DNA from: Azolla caroliniana
Lineage: Eukaryota > Plantae > Polypodiophyta
Direction: 5' to 3'
Assembly: GCA_043228905.1 (NCBI GenBank)
Contig: JBHGNT010000008.1
Location: 10,912,001 to 10,976,000, forward strand
Length of the DNA: 64,000 nt
The notes beneath the pieces were generated by a model that saw only the letters and a program-made list of their open reading frames with translations, had not been told where the DNA came from and made no database searches. Positions within the stretch are counted from its first letter, which is position 1; every line of letters begins with the position of its first letter. Positions 49,062-62,339 of the stretch are shown one piece after another. The translations under genes were made by a program, and so were the position numbers.

Positions 49062-52000
49062 ATGCGAGTGATGTCATGGAATGTTCAGGGGTTAGGGGGG
49101 GCCTTATATAAACGATACAAACATCGTCTCCATCAAGAGATTAACAAATGTGTAGTGGGTGGATCCTTAGATTTTCTTTTAATACAAGAACATCATTTAA
49201 ATACTTTTAGAATTTCTCGTTATAGCTCTATTCTATCTGGAAACTAGGACATGTTCTGATCTCCTGCAGTGGGCAACACAGAACTCTGTGGTGGGGTTTG
49301 TATGGCTATTTCTCAGAGGTGGATTCCATACATTATCCAAAAACAAGTGGTCATTCCTAGAAGGGCTCAATATGTTATTATGCAAGAAGGAGAGATTACA
49401 TGGGGACTCTTGAATATATATGCTCCCAATACTGCCTCTACATGGCAACAATTTTGGAAATAATTATTAAATAAGCCGCCTTCCCTTGATCATTGGTGTA
49501 TCGTTGGTGATTTCAACATGGTTGAGGACCCCATTGATAGAATGGGAGGTAACTCAACCACGATACATGGCCATGAATTAGCAATGTGGGAACACTTGGT
49601 GTTTTCCTTACAAATATTAGATGCTTGGCACTCTCCTTTGATGGTTCATACAAACACCTCACTTTTGTTTTCAGGATCAAATAAGCATGTAAATGGTACT
49701 AATTTAGCTCGATTGGATAGATTCTATGTATTTGGAAATTTTATTTCAGCAACTGGTACAATACATATAATGCTTGGAACTACTTTCTTTGATCATGCTT
49801 CAGTTATCCTATCAATTTCGACCCAAAATGTTAAGGATTTCTCCAATCTGAAAATTCCTGAACATGTGTTGTTAGACAATGGCTTTTCCTTACAAGTGGC
49901 TGAATTACGGTCTCAAAAAGATGTTGTATAGGAATCAATGGATATGCAGGTAGCTAATGGCTTACAATGTATTTCAGAATTTTTCAGGGATAAATCCAAG
50001 GAGAGGTTTTCTATGCTACAAGAAAAGGAGAAACAGTCACATACTTCTCTTGTTTCTCTACAACGATTACAAGAATGTTATCCACATTGCACTTGGATTG
50101 CTGAGAAACTTGGGCAGCTAATTGGACCCAAATGGGTGATAAATGCACAACGGAATTCTTTCATGCCATGAGACCAAATCATAATGCGGTTTCACTCAAA
50201 CAACTACAACATTAGAATGGAACTATCTCATCTTACCCTCAAGTGATGAGAGAAATAGCTACACGATACTATTTTGACCTATTATCAATTGTTTCCTTCT
50301 CCGATGAGGATTTAATAAGTCGGTCTTGTGTATGGAATAAATTGAGTTCAAGAATAACACAAGATATGAATGTCAGGCTCCAAGACGTTCTGACTTATGG
50401 GGAATTGAGTGAAGCACTCCGAGCTTTGCCTAAAACTTGTTGTCTAGGTATGGATGGTTTAACCCCAACATTCTTCATTAAATATTAGAACTTGTTCAAA
50501 GCAGATTTATGTACAACCTTCCAACAAATTCTTCGGGAGGGTAATATGCCTCCATATTTTACAGAAGGACTAATTTACCTTATCCCTAAATCAAAAGGTC
50601 CTTCACTGGACATCAAGAAATGGCGCCCGATTACATTACGGTATAAAATTTTAACTAAAGCAATTAGTATATGACTTAGTACTATAATGCCTAAAGTTAT
50701 ACATCCGTCACAAACAGGATTCATTCAGGAAAGGAGCATTTTGGATAATGTTTATACGTTTTGGGAATATGCAACTTTGGCAACCAAATCTAATCAAAAC
50801 TTGGTCATTGTTATGCTTGATTTTGACAAAGCTTACGATCGTGTTTATTGGGAATTTTTACAAGGTGTATTAGCTCGTTTTGGTTTCTCGAAAGAATGGA
50901 TAACATGTATTTCTTCATTATATAATTCGGCACAAAGTCAAGTCTTACTTGCTGGGAATTATGGACCCTTGTTTTCTATTTCTCGATCAGTTCGCCAAGG
51001 CTATGCTTTGGCTCCTTTCCTGCTTTTATTTTTGCTAAGGCAATGATCTCTTTTTTTAATGTTGGTGATATTGGTATACGGGGACTACGAGTCCCACTCT
51101 CACATATAGAAGTAAGGGATGTTGAGTTTGCAGATGACACTACCCTATACTTAAAAGGTGATTTGGAAAATTTGTAAAAAACAGAATTGGCCATATCCAC
51201 ATTTTGTAAGCGTTGAGGTGCATTGGTCAATTGGAACAAGTCCTTTGCATTTTGGGTGGGGGATGTACAGCCTCCTCTATGGAATCCACACCCGCAATTT
51301 CGATGGATACCATTAGGTTGTCCAATTCGGTACCTAGGGTGTATGATAGGTATTGATCTTTCAATGGAATGTCAAGTGGCACCCCTCCTATTATCACTAC
51401 GGAAAAAGTTACTATTATGGAGTTCAGCCAAGTTGTCTTTTGTTGGTCGGATTGTAGTTGCTAATCAGGTTTTATTGGCTTCATCATGGTATGTTTTGTC
51501 ATGTTGGATATTCTCCAAGTCATGCATTCTAAAAATACATAAACTGATTCGTAATTTCTTGTGGTCTGGTAAAACGAAAGGCAATGCTCGGTTGAAAGTG
51601 AAATGGGATGTTATTACCTTACCTCATTCTAAAGGAGGATTAGGTATTATTGATCTAGTAGATCAATCAAGATAATTGTTACGTAAGTTTCTTGTTAGAG
51701 GATTTACACCGAGGCAAGAGATATGGAAAAGTATTATTGATTGACCAGTGTTCAGATTGCTCTCCTTGCTTAGGCATCCCCTGGCCGAAGGATGTAAATT
51801 GGATATTTAGGGAAAATTTCCGAACTATACCTTCAGCCAATAGATGCGAAGACAAATTTATTAGGACATTATTTTCAGGATGGAAACATGTATTACTTGG
51901 TTTGCTTCATAATAAACCTAATCCCAAACATTATGTTGACTATCTCAGGCAAAAGATAGTTTGGAACCCGCTGTTTACAACATTAGATGATTCAGTGTTG

Positions 52001-53280
52001 GGTTCTAAACAATGGCTATCGTGGGGGAAAATGACAGAAGGGCCAACGAAAATAGTTCATACTTGGAAAGAATTTTTATCGCATTCATTGAAAGAGCAAA
52101 AAGAAATCCTACATAGTATGCATGGGGGCCAAATAATGTATCAACAAATTCAGGAAGCTATGACTAGACTTCCCATACCACCCAATAATGCTAACCATAG
52201 ATGGGTTGGGGTTTTTCCAAGATTGGAAGCACTCTTGGCTGTGAATGGGTATTCAAATGATAAGACATAGCGGTTGTTTGAGGTGGATGAAACAAACCAA
52301 TTATCTCAGTCCCCGAAAATGGTGATAGATTACCCCTATGATATTGAGCACAAGATAAGGGTCATTGGATATGTTGACCGTAAATGGTATATTGATCCAA
52401 TGATAGAGGAAATAAGGCCACATTGGAAGTTAAGGGTGTTAGCTAAAAAACCCCAATTGATTATCAGTGGACAAATCCTTACACGGGTAACAAGTTCAAG
52501 TTCTACCAATATTTGTACAGTTGGGAAGACATGTACTTTTAGATACATGTGATGTGTTGCCATCTGCATCTCAATATTGGACTGAACAAGGTATTACTCC
52601 CCAGTTCCTTTCAAAATTCTGGGTTATCTTATGGGCAAGAAAACAACCACACAAAATATTGCATGTACAATGGTTAGTTGTACACCAGGCCTTGCCGATA
52701 GGCACATGGTTGCATAGAATGGGAGTATCTTCTGGTTGTATTCGATGTCAATTACAAATTGAAACTCAAAAACATTGTTTATGGGAATGCATTGAGTCTC
52801 AACAGATATGGGAACGACTCCTTTGAATTTTTGCTAATTATTTTTCCCCATTGGTTTTCACTTGGGGCATGGTGGTTTCGACATCACTTGTCTGTGATGC
52901 GTTCCATTATGACAATGAATCTATGGACCATGGATTTTACACTAAATATGGAAGTGTTCATACATTACCACTGCTGTCATTACAGTTTTCAGGAGGAAGT
53001 CCAGCTAGTATGGGAGATACTGAGTAGTACCATTGTATATCACATTTGGATGGCTCGGTGTTCTCTCCTTTTCCATCAACTTTAAACACCACCAACTGAA
53101 GTGGTTTCGAACATTTGGTTAAACATAGTTCATACTTTGAAGGGTTAATGGGATGGTATAGTTGGAGATTCTGAGGCTAAAATTGCTCAACGGAGTGAGT
53201 TTCTTATTATCTGAACAACTACTCCATTCATGACATCCAATTACGGCACTCCTTATTGGCATTTTTAGCTACTGAAATGT
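49062..53280 (+). pseudogene. LINE ORF2 (APE endonuclease, RT, zf-RVT-like finger), fragmented
   Basis: SWNVQGLG, LIQEHH, NIYAPN, GDFN, RLDRF; WRPITL, LDFDKAYDRV, SVRQG, FADD, RYLG, KGGLG; CIRC..ETQKHCLWEC. Confidence 0.92.
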
Positions 53281-53308
53281 TTTGTTTCCCCCGCCAATAA
53301 AAAAATAG

Positions 53309-53314
<6 letters not shown>

Positions 53315-53387
<73 letters not shown>
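53315..53387. repeat. (TG)n microsatellite heading a TA/TG low-complexity tract that runs to about 54340
   Basis: Directly visible. (TA)n also at about 54496-54524 and 56871-56897. Confidence 0.95.
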
Positions 53388-53389
<2 letters not shown>

Positions 53390-53675
53390 GTATTGTGGTT
53401 TGTATGGTTTGGTATAATCTATATATATATATATGGTGATATGTGGAATATGTATGTACATATGTAATATATCTATGTATGTATCTATATATGTATATAT
53501 GTAATTTATGTATGTGTGTGTGTGTAAATTTGTATATAGGTATGGATTATATGCTATCTAATATATAATTTATTTATGTGTGTGTGCACGTGTATATATA
53601 TGTAATATATGTAACTTGTTTGTTAGTATGAAGATTTGTATACATATAATATGTAATCTTAAGTATTAATATGTA

Positions 53676-53988
53676 GGGAAAAGTACCAGGATACCCCTAG
53701 AAGTTCGTCTATTTACCAGAATGCCCCTGCAAGTTTCAAATTTACCAAACTACCCCTATGTCCGAAAAATTACACTTTATAAAGTAATTATACACTCAAA
53801 TCTTTGATACATAGGGCTAGTTCAGGTCCATTTCTTCCATCTTTGGTAAATAGGGCTTGTAGATTTGAATGTATAATTACTTTATAAAGTGTAATTTTTT
53901 GGACATAGGGGTAGTTTGGTAAATTTAGAACTTCCAGGGGCATTTTGGTAAATAGACGAACTTCTAGGGGTATCCTGGTACTTTTCCC
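53676..53988. mobile_element. Mutator-type foldback MITE
   Basis: TIRs of about 125 bp, GGGAAAAGTACCAGGATACCCC...GGGGTATCCTGGTACTTTTCCC; perfect 9-bp TSD TAATATGTA. Confidence 0.93.
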
Positions 53989-54492
53989 TAATATGTATGT
54001 GTATGTGTACATATATAATATGTAATTTATTTTTTTGTGTTTTGTATGTACGTATATATGCATTTGTGTATAATGGTTTGTATAATAATATATCTGCGTA
54101 ATATGTAATATATAAAATAAGTTTGTATATATGTATTATGTATATATGTATGTCAATATATATGGTTGATTCTAATATGTATGTAGTATGTAATGCATGT
54201 ATGTATGTGTATGTACATATTTACATATGGTAATATATATTTGTACATATATTTATGTTTAGTCAATATGCTTGTATAAATGGGTGTAATGTATGTATAC
54301 ACATATTCGTGGATGTAATGTTTGAATGTAGGTATATATGTATGCTACTCCAAATTTGAGTATTATTTGCATAATATATCCTTTACTATCTCATTGAAAT
54401 ATCTAATATTTCATGGGCTTATGTAAAAAAACATTCCAACATAATTGATAATACCCTTATGAATTTATTTTTTTCAAATCTTTATTAATACT

Positions 54493-54527
<35 letters not shown>

Positions 54528-54599
54528 TGTATCTCACTGATTAATTTAAACCCCTTTTGATGAAATCACAATCTATAATACAAGTTTTGACAATGAAGC

Positions 54600-56320
54600 C
54601 CCCGGGCTGCTATATGTGGATGATTTAGTCATTACCGGACCCGGACTCGCTGAAATCGACCGCATGAAGACCCAATTGTCAAATGCATTTGATATGAAGG
54701 ACCTGGGGGACCTTCACTATTTCCTCGAGATCGAAGTGATCCATACCCCCAACGACATATTGCTCTGTCCACACCCCTGGACCGGAACCTAAAGTTTCGT
54801 CCCGACTCCGAACCAGCCTACAACGAGAAATGGTTCCGACAAATTGTCGGAATCCTCATCTATCTTACTATCACCAGACCCAACATCAGCTATCTGGTCG
54901 GGATGATAAGTCCGTTTATGCAGAAGCCAACCGTGGAGCACCTTCAGTGCGTGCATTGAATACTCAAGTATGTTAGCGGCACTAAGGACCGAGGATTGTT
55001 ATACCAACACGGTATATAACCGAAACGATAGTCGGTTATATGGATTTCAACTAGACCAGTGATACATCAGATCGACAGTCCACATCCGAAATTATGTTCT
55101 CTTGGTAGAACGGATGTTGAGTGGAGCAAGAAGAAGCAACCGATAGTGACTCTGTCGAGCACTAAGACTGAGTATCAGGGTGTTACCATCGCCACCTATG
55201 AAGCCATATGGCTTTGGCGGTTGCAAGACCTCCAAATCGAAGTACCGACTCTGATCCCGATTTCCTTCGACAACATGAGCAGTATTCAGTTGGCCAAGAA
55301 CCCCGTGTTCCATGCTCAGACAAAGCACATAGAAGTGCACTACCACTTTGTGTGTGAGCGGGTCCTGCGCGGTGAAGTCGAACTCCAGTATGTTTGGATG
55401 GATCATCAGATTGCCAACATCTTCACCAAGGCACAAGGAACTGGCAAGTTGTAGCATTTTTCAGAGATGCTTGGTCTTCAGCATCTCGATATGTTGCACT
55501 TGAGGGTGAGAACCGGAACAGAAACTGGGAAAACATGTAAGCCGGGACAAGCAGCTGAAGAGAAGGAAATTGAAATAGGGGGAGACAAGGACAAAAATGT
55601 AGCCGAATCCGAACAAGTCGGAACAAGCGACGACGGCGGCAGAGTCAAGAAGGACAGAGCCGACCAGCAGAAGAAGGCCAAGACGAGGAGGAGATAGCCA
55701 ACTCGGACAAGAGCGAGAACAAGTCAGAAACAACTGATTTGGTCGAAATGTTTGATTCGGATGAGCCAGATCAGTTGAAGGTCATTTGGACAAGAAGGCA
55801 ACGAAAGTCAACACCGACACGGAGGAACCAACGGGTCGAGAAGCGTCAAAGTCACTGCAGGGAAGGAGCTGAGATGGGTCTGTTGAGGAAACAAGCCGAC
55901 CGAGAAGGTCGAGAGGCGCAGAACCAGACAGGTCGTGGGAAGCGGAAACAGACGGGTCTAAGAGCGCGAGCAAGGCAAGAAGACGCTAGAAAGAGCCGAC
56001 TGCAAGGTTTGACAGACACTGACACAACGATTCGACCTCAAGTTGAGCTGGAGGGGGAGTATTGAGCAGACATGCTCAATTGGGCTCAACCGGATCCGAA
56101 TCGGCTGAATAAGCCAAAGCCGGATCGGATTATAACTGGTAGGCCGTTAGAGGCCTACAGTGTTAGCCTAGTACGTAGGCATATTTCTTGGAGTTAGTGT
56201 AAGTCGCTCGTACGAGCATTGAAGTACTTGTCGGTACTTCTATCAGTCCTTTATGGACTTGTAGAGTCTTTGAGTAATTTGAAATTGAGTTTTGTTTTGC
56301 TCTCTCTCTATCTCTCTCTC
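54600..56320 (+). mobile_element. Copia 3' fragment H (RT end, RNase H, charged extension, PPT, partial LTR from 56060)
   Basis: LLYVDDL, KHIEVHYHF, PPT GGAGGGGGAG 56050-56059; homologous to F and G. Confidence 0.85.
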
Positions 56321-56322
56321 GT

Positions 56323-56921
56323 TATCGTGAAGATTTCTGACTACGGTGTGAAAAACCGGATGGAATGGGCAAAGTCGGCAATGTGCAACATGTGCACATG
56401 TACATTAGGAAATGTATACAAAATAATAAGGGGGATATTTATCCCACATTGTAACGTCCTTCCCTCCTTGGACTATAAAAGGAGGGAGGGGTCTCTTGTG
56501 AAAGCATTGCCCATTTTGAGCTAGGAGGGTATGTCACATAGATCTAGGGTTTGATAGTTTTCTCTTCATCTTATTTCTTTATTTTCCTTAGAGTTTTCTA
56601 CTTTGTTCTTCTTTACCCTATTTTGCTTTAGGGTTTTGTTTAGGTTTTCTTCTTTGTTGTCGTGTGGGTTGAGTCTTTGTGTCTATTAAGGGTTTAGTCC
56701 AGTAGAGAGCTTGTATGTCCTAGGGGGTTTCGCTTCCGCTCTGTCTCTTATGCAAGACCCTGCTCGACGCGACGAGCCCGAGAGCTCCCTAATTGGCGGT
56801 TTGGCAGCATACCATTGTTGTGACCTAATCTACCTTAGTCCAGCTCGAAGCCGGAGTTGTATCTTGTTCTTATATATATATATATATATATATATATAAG
56901 TGGAGTTCTGTGCATCTGTGT
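56323..56921 (+). repeat. LTR-like fragment whose 5' end resembles the LTR end at 28417
   Basis: TATCGTGAAGATTTCTGACTACGGTGTGAAAA versus TGTCATGACGATTTTCGGCAATGGTGTGAAAA; CTATAAAAGG at about 56473. Confidence 0.55.
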
Positions 56922-57367
56922 TGTTGTCCGCCGGAATAGTAACCGACGGACATAAACGTAGGAATAAGAAATAATATAAGATCATAACGCATGTAACGGT
57001 TCACGCAGGAAGCGTGAACGGCTAAATAGACCCTACGTATATAAAGGGCAGAAAACCTCTGATAGATAGAGCGTGTAATTTTGGGAATGTAAAGAAATGT
57101 CTCAGAATAGAATTCTATCTTCTGTGATTTTCTGTGTATAGCTACGGCTAATCCACTGTGTGTGTCTTGAATACCTGAGCGTGTAAGAACGTGAGTGTAA
57201 CCACTGCTAAGGAGTCGGTCGTAGCCGTCTCCCTTATACGCTGATAGGTTACGGGGAACATTCCCCTACGCATTACGCATAGACGCCGCCATTCGGTGTT
57301 TCACAATCACTTGGAGGTCTAGGTCGAAGGACTGACCGCAGACCGTATTCCTAATCGGTAACACTTT

Positions 57368-57385
57368 TGGCACGCCCGGTGGGAC
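57368..57385 (+). promoter_or_regulatory. PBS, tRNA-Arg type
   Basis: TGGCACGCCCGGTGGGAC, 4 nt after the LTR. Complementary to the plant tRNA-Arg 3' end as I recall it (GTCCCACC.GGCGTG-CCA). Confidence 0.88.
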
Positions 57386-57649
57386 TGTGTCTTCTCACAG
57401 ACGAACAACGACGAATGGATGTTTAGCCGCAGATGCCCCAGAGAAGCAACACGACAAGACCGGCCAATCACAAGGTCCGTCACATGCCAGGCAGAGGAAC
57501 GCGCACAGCAAAAGCCTCGTCTTAGCGACCTCAATACTACTTGTCGTGATTACAAAGGTGATTCTTTGCTCTCCAAATACCTCGACGATACGTGGGGAGC
57601 GTGCTCACCAAAGCCACCCTGTGGTCTTTCCCGACCCGCCATAGCCCCT

Positions 57650-60600
57650 AGCATGGCCTTTGCCTATCCCCGCTTTAACGGCGAAACCGACGCGCAACCC
57701 ATATTCGCATGTTCCTTAATGTCGGGAATGTGAACCACATGGCGTAGAGCCTTTCGGAGGCGGTAGCGCACCAGTCGAAAATGACGGAGTTCGGGTTAAC
57801 ATTGGATGGGCGAGCGGCGTTTTGGCATTCACAGATGGACTTACCAGCAATCACAACCTTCGATCAGCTGCAGTTCGCTTTCTTGTGGTTCTTCTATCGG
57901 AGGGTTCCACAACATGAAATCCTCGGATAGTTCTACACAATTAAGCAACTACCGACCGAGGACGAGGCTCGAGAGACATTTCTGGCAGCATTACGCCGAC
58001 CCATACGAGCAACGCTCAACAACAATAGCTTGAAAGGGGAAACGACGAATATGGTCATTGAACGAGCGTTACAGCTCGAGTTGGACGAGGAGGAGGAAAG
58101 GTTTTCTATGTCCTCCTTACGACAAGCGTTACCCCAGGACGAGGAACGCCAGTTTCGTTAAGCAATCCAGTGCACAATTTGCTTGAACTCGAGGCATTTC
58201 GTAGTGGAGTGCAACATGCGAATCCACTGCCCAATCTGCCACTCAAAGGCTCACACAGTCGAACAATGCGAATACAATATGGTGAACAGAGCCGTTCCCA
58301 CAGTCCGCAACATGGACACACAGCGTCCCCCACACCGTACTGAACAAAGGAGGCAAGAAAACCGACCACGGTATATGGATCACAACCCACGTGACGACCG
58401 GCACCACCGGAATCGCCGAAATCACAACGATTCCGAGGAAGACGATACATGGAGAAGCTACTGTAGCTAGTCCCACGCTTCTGCCAAACCATGGAAGACC
58501 GGGTGACGGGCATACCCGGGGTGAGCGTCGCTACAAACCTTACAGACGTTAGCGACGGATCGCCTGTAGTGGATCACCACAACCCGACAATTAGATTAAT
58601 ATTACACGGACAGGAATTTCCTGGATGCGTAATTGATGGCGGCTTAGGCGTCAATGTAATTAGCGCGAAAACTTGCGAGCAGTTAGGCATTTCAGAATGG
58701 GAGGCTTGCCCATTCTGGCTCCGAATGGAAGATACCCACTCAGTATGACCATTGGGGTTAATTCGCAAGATAGGCATTATCGTGGGTGGACATCGCTTCG
58801 ACATCTCGGCGATCGTCCTCGCCTTGGATGCCCTAGGGGCGTACCTAGTGATTCTGGGCAGACCATGGCTTCGAGCGGCAAATATCAAGCAGAGCTGGCA
58901 ACACAGGTGTATCAGTTTCCGACACGGACACACTAAGGTTCGCGTACCTACGGAAGGAAGCACGCCACAACCCAAGGGTATAACATCATTATACGCAAAA
59001 GATATAAATATGTTGGTTGGGATGGAGGATGCAGAATTAGAGGCATACCTAGATGAGCACCCTCGAATTATTCCACTGTTCGAAATCGACGTCATCGCAA
59101 CCGCGGCAGAATATGCCACGACCACTATTCTCCACGACAAGGCTTACGAACCAAACCCAGAGTCCATATTGGAACTCAGCAGAGCACGGGTGGCATTCGA
59201 AAGGGAAATGGAAATTTCACGACGAGTCACCGCCTCCGCCCTGGAAGAAGTAAATGTGGGTACGGAATTGGAACCCCGTTTCCTCTCCATCGCAAAGGAA
59301 TTAAGGCCGGACCAGAGAGACACGATGATCGCACTACTCAAGAAATATAAAGATGTGTTCGCTTGGGTTCACGAGGACATGAAGGGGTTAGATCCCAAGT
59401 TCTATCCGCATAAGATCAATTTAGGAACCGATGCAAAACCCGTCTAGCAACGCCGCTACCACATGAACCCGAACTACGCCACCCGCGTAAAAGAAGAAAT
59501 TGACAAACTCCTGAAGGCGGGGTTCATACGGGCAACATTTCAATGGACAAATACGGAGATCTTTGGGGAATACATTCCGGCGTTCATGCAAGTTTTTTTA
59601 GACGACTTTGCAGTATATGGGAGAACAATAGACCATTTTACGCACCTACAACTGTGCCTGGAACGTTGTCGCACCACACGCTTAAGCTTGAATCCTGCGA
59701 AATGTGCTTTCGACGTGACCAACGGGACTCTCCTGGGCCATATAGTCAGCAAGGAGGGAATAGCGGTCGATCCGAACAAGATCTCCGCGATTACGCAAGC
59801 CAAAACTCCGACAAACGCAAAATCACTCGGCCGGTTTTTAGGACAAATACGGTGGCATAGTCGGATGATACGATATTTGGCGGACTTCGCCACGCCGTTA
59901 CATGCTACCGTGCATCGGACTCCCTTCCAATGGACCGCAACGGAATATAGTCAGCAAGGAGGGAATAGCGGTCGATCCGAACAAGATCTCCGCGATTACG
60001 CAAGCCAAAACTCCGACAAACGCAAAATCACTCGGCCGGTTTTTAGGACAAATACGGTGGCATAGTCGGATGATACGATATTTGGCGGACTTCGCCACGC
60101 CGTTACATGCTACCATGCATCAGACTCCCTTCCAATGGACCGCAACGGAGGACAAGGCCTATGAGGCACTTAAGATAATGCTCACACAGGCCCCCGTCGT
60201 ACAACCACCAGTTTCGGCGAAGCCATTCCATGTGTTTGTCGACGCCTCAGACATAGCAATAGGAAGTGTACTAATGCAGCTCACCGAACCAAACTAGTAC
60301 CGGCCAGTGTACTACGCTAGTCACAAATTATCAACAGCAGAGCGTAACTATTCCGCAATGGAGCGGGAGGCGCTAGGGATGATCTATAGCATCAATAAAT
60401 TCCGGCATTATTTACTAGGGAGGAAATTCACATTCCATGTGGATCATTCGGCGCTACTGTATTTGGTGGAGAAACAAGCCCTGACGGGGAAATTGGCGCA
60501 ATGGATGTTGTTGTTTCAAGAATTCGATTTCGTAATCCAGCACCGACCAGGGACGCATCACGCGTGTGGCAGATTTTTTGAGCAGTCTCGAGAATGGAGA

Positions 60601-62006
60601 AACAGTATAGAAAGATGATGACGATTTTCTGGACACCGACATCTTGCGAGTAGCATCACTAGCAGAAAGAACGGAATCGACCTTTCTGGACCGGTGGCTT
60701 ATGGAAATGACATACTTTTTTACTACGGGACTGCCTCCACCACAATTACGCACGAACGAGAAGAAACAACTAGTCCGAAGCCGTAACTTCTGCCTCGTAG
60801 AAGGAGTTTTATATCACAAAGGAAGTGACGGCATTTGGCGACGTGGGGTACGTCAGGATGAGAAAGAAGTAGTTTTATGGGAGGTGCACTGCGGCACGGT
60901 AGGCGGGCCATTATGCGGGCGATGTTACAGCCCGGAAAATATGGCAGGCGGGCCTATGGTGGCCGACAACGCATAAGGACGCATCCGAGTATTGTAGAAA
61001 GTGTGATTTGTGTCAACGGTTGGGCCAGCCCACGAGGGTGCAAGGATGCCACACTAGCCTGTATTACCACTAGACCCCTTCCAAAAGTGGGGATTGGACT
61101 TTGTGGGCCCCTTCACACCGGCGACAGCCCATACGGGCAATAAATACATATTGGTAGCCACAGATTATTGCACCAAGTGGGTAGAAGCAAAGGCACTACG
61201 AGAAAATACGGCTGCCGTTACAACGAGATTCCTTTATGAGCACATATGGTGCCGGTTCGGTTGTCCGATTGAGCTCATCAGTGACCAGGGGAGTCACTTT
61301 CTCAATACGGTGGTTCGGGAACTAACACATCATTACGCCGTAGTCCATAAGAAGAGTACGCCATATTATCCACAGGCGAATGGGTTAGCGGAATCCACCA
61401 ACAAGACGTTGCAGACCATCTTGAAGAAAATCGTCAATGAAAATAGAACGGATTGGGATACCAAATTACAGAGTGCGTTATGGGCGTACAGAACCAGCTA
61501 CAAAACAAGCATACAGTCAACACCGTTTCGACTAGCGTTTGGGCTGGAGGCTATGATGCCGGTTGAATTTCAGGTACCCAGTTTGCGGATTCAGGTACGG
61601 GACTGACTATCGGAAGCCAAGTCAGAGCAGGTATGGCTCCACCAGCTACTCGAACTCGGGGAAAAACGCGTAGACAGCAAGCATGGCTGTGTTGGAGCAG
61701 GAACAGCGATGGCGTAAAGCGTTTGTGGATCGACATCGGAACGCAAGGGAAAAGGTGTTCGCCGTCGGTCGAGCGGTGCTGGTTTTCCAAACCCGCATGG
61801 GCCATATGCCAGGGAAGTTACGATTCTGCTGGACCGGCCCATATTGGATAATTGGAGCGGAACAAGGCACGTTCCAACTAGGTACGCTGGCCGGGGAAGT
61901 AGTACGGCAAAAGGTGAATGGGTTTCGCCTTAAACCTTACCTGGGCCCTACGCCACCGAACTCATTCACCGCCGAACAGGATAGAGCCGGAGAACCCGCA
62001 GCGTAA
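57650..62006 (+). pseudogene. pol: gag-pol of element J
   Basis: CPICHSKAHTVEQC; VIDGGLGVN; FLDDF; VDASD; DFVGP..SDQG..NGLAE; WTGPY. Confidence 0.93.
59740..60149 (+). repeat. 205-bp tandem duplication in the RT/RH linker of J
   Basis: 59740-59944 matches 59945-60149; I saw two G>A differences. Confidence 0.92.
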
Positions 62007-62339
62007 ATGTACGGCCCCACTTGTACCATAATGTAAAGATAGGTTGTATATAACCGTTATGAAAAAAAGAGAAAAAAAACGAGGAGATAGCGACACTATT
62101 AAAAGGACTAAATGCATGCACAGACTCCTAGTTCAAGAACACGCGGCACCACGATGGGTCACCGCCCAATGAACCCTAAGCCACAAAAAGTAGGAAATAG
62201 AAGATCTTCTACACAAAATAGAAACCCATCTTCTAACTATCAACGCTCCCATCGCTCCTCCCCCTCACCTTCTCCTCCATCCTATCACAGAGCTCCAGCC
62301 CACCGCAACCACCAGTCTCCTTCCCACGAACCTACTCTA

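Larger units (their letters stand above)
38760..53305 (+). mobile_element. L1-clade LINE, with ORF1 interrupted by Copia G
   Basis: ORF1 pieces 38775-39063 and 47587-48050 (CLNCKQQGHVLKDC). ORF2 from 49062 has endonuclease, RT and zinc-finger motifs. A-rich end at about 53296. Confidence 0.9.

Noticed and set aside
53228-53461. His/Thr-rich ORF
   Set aside because: Translation of the (TG)n microsatellite.
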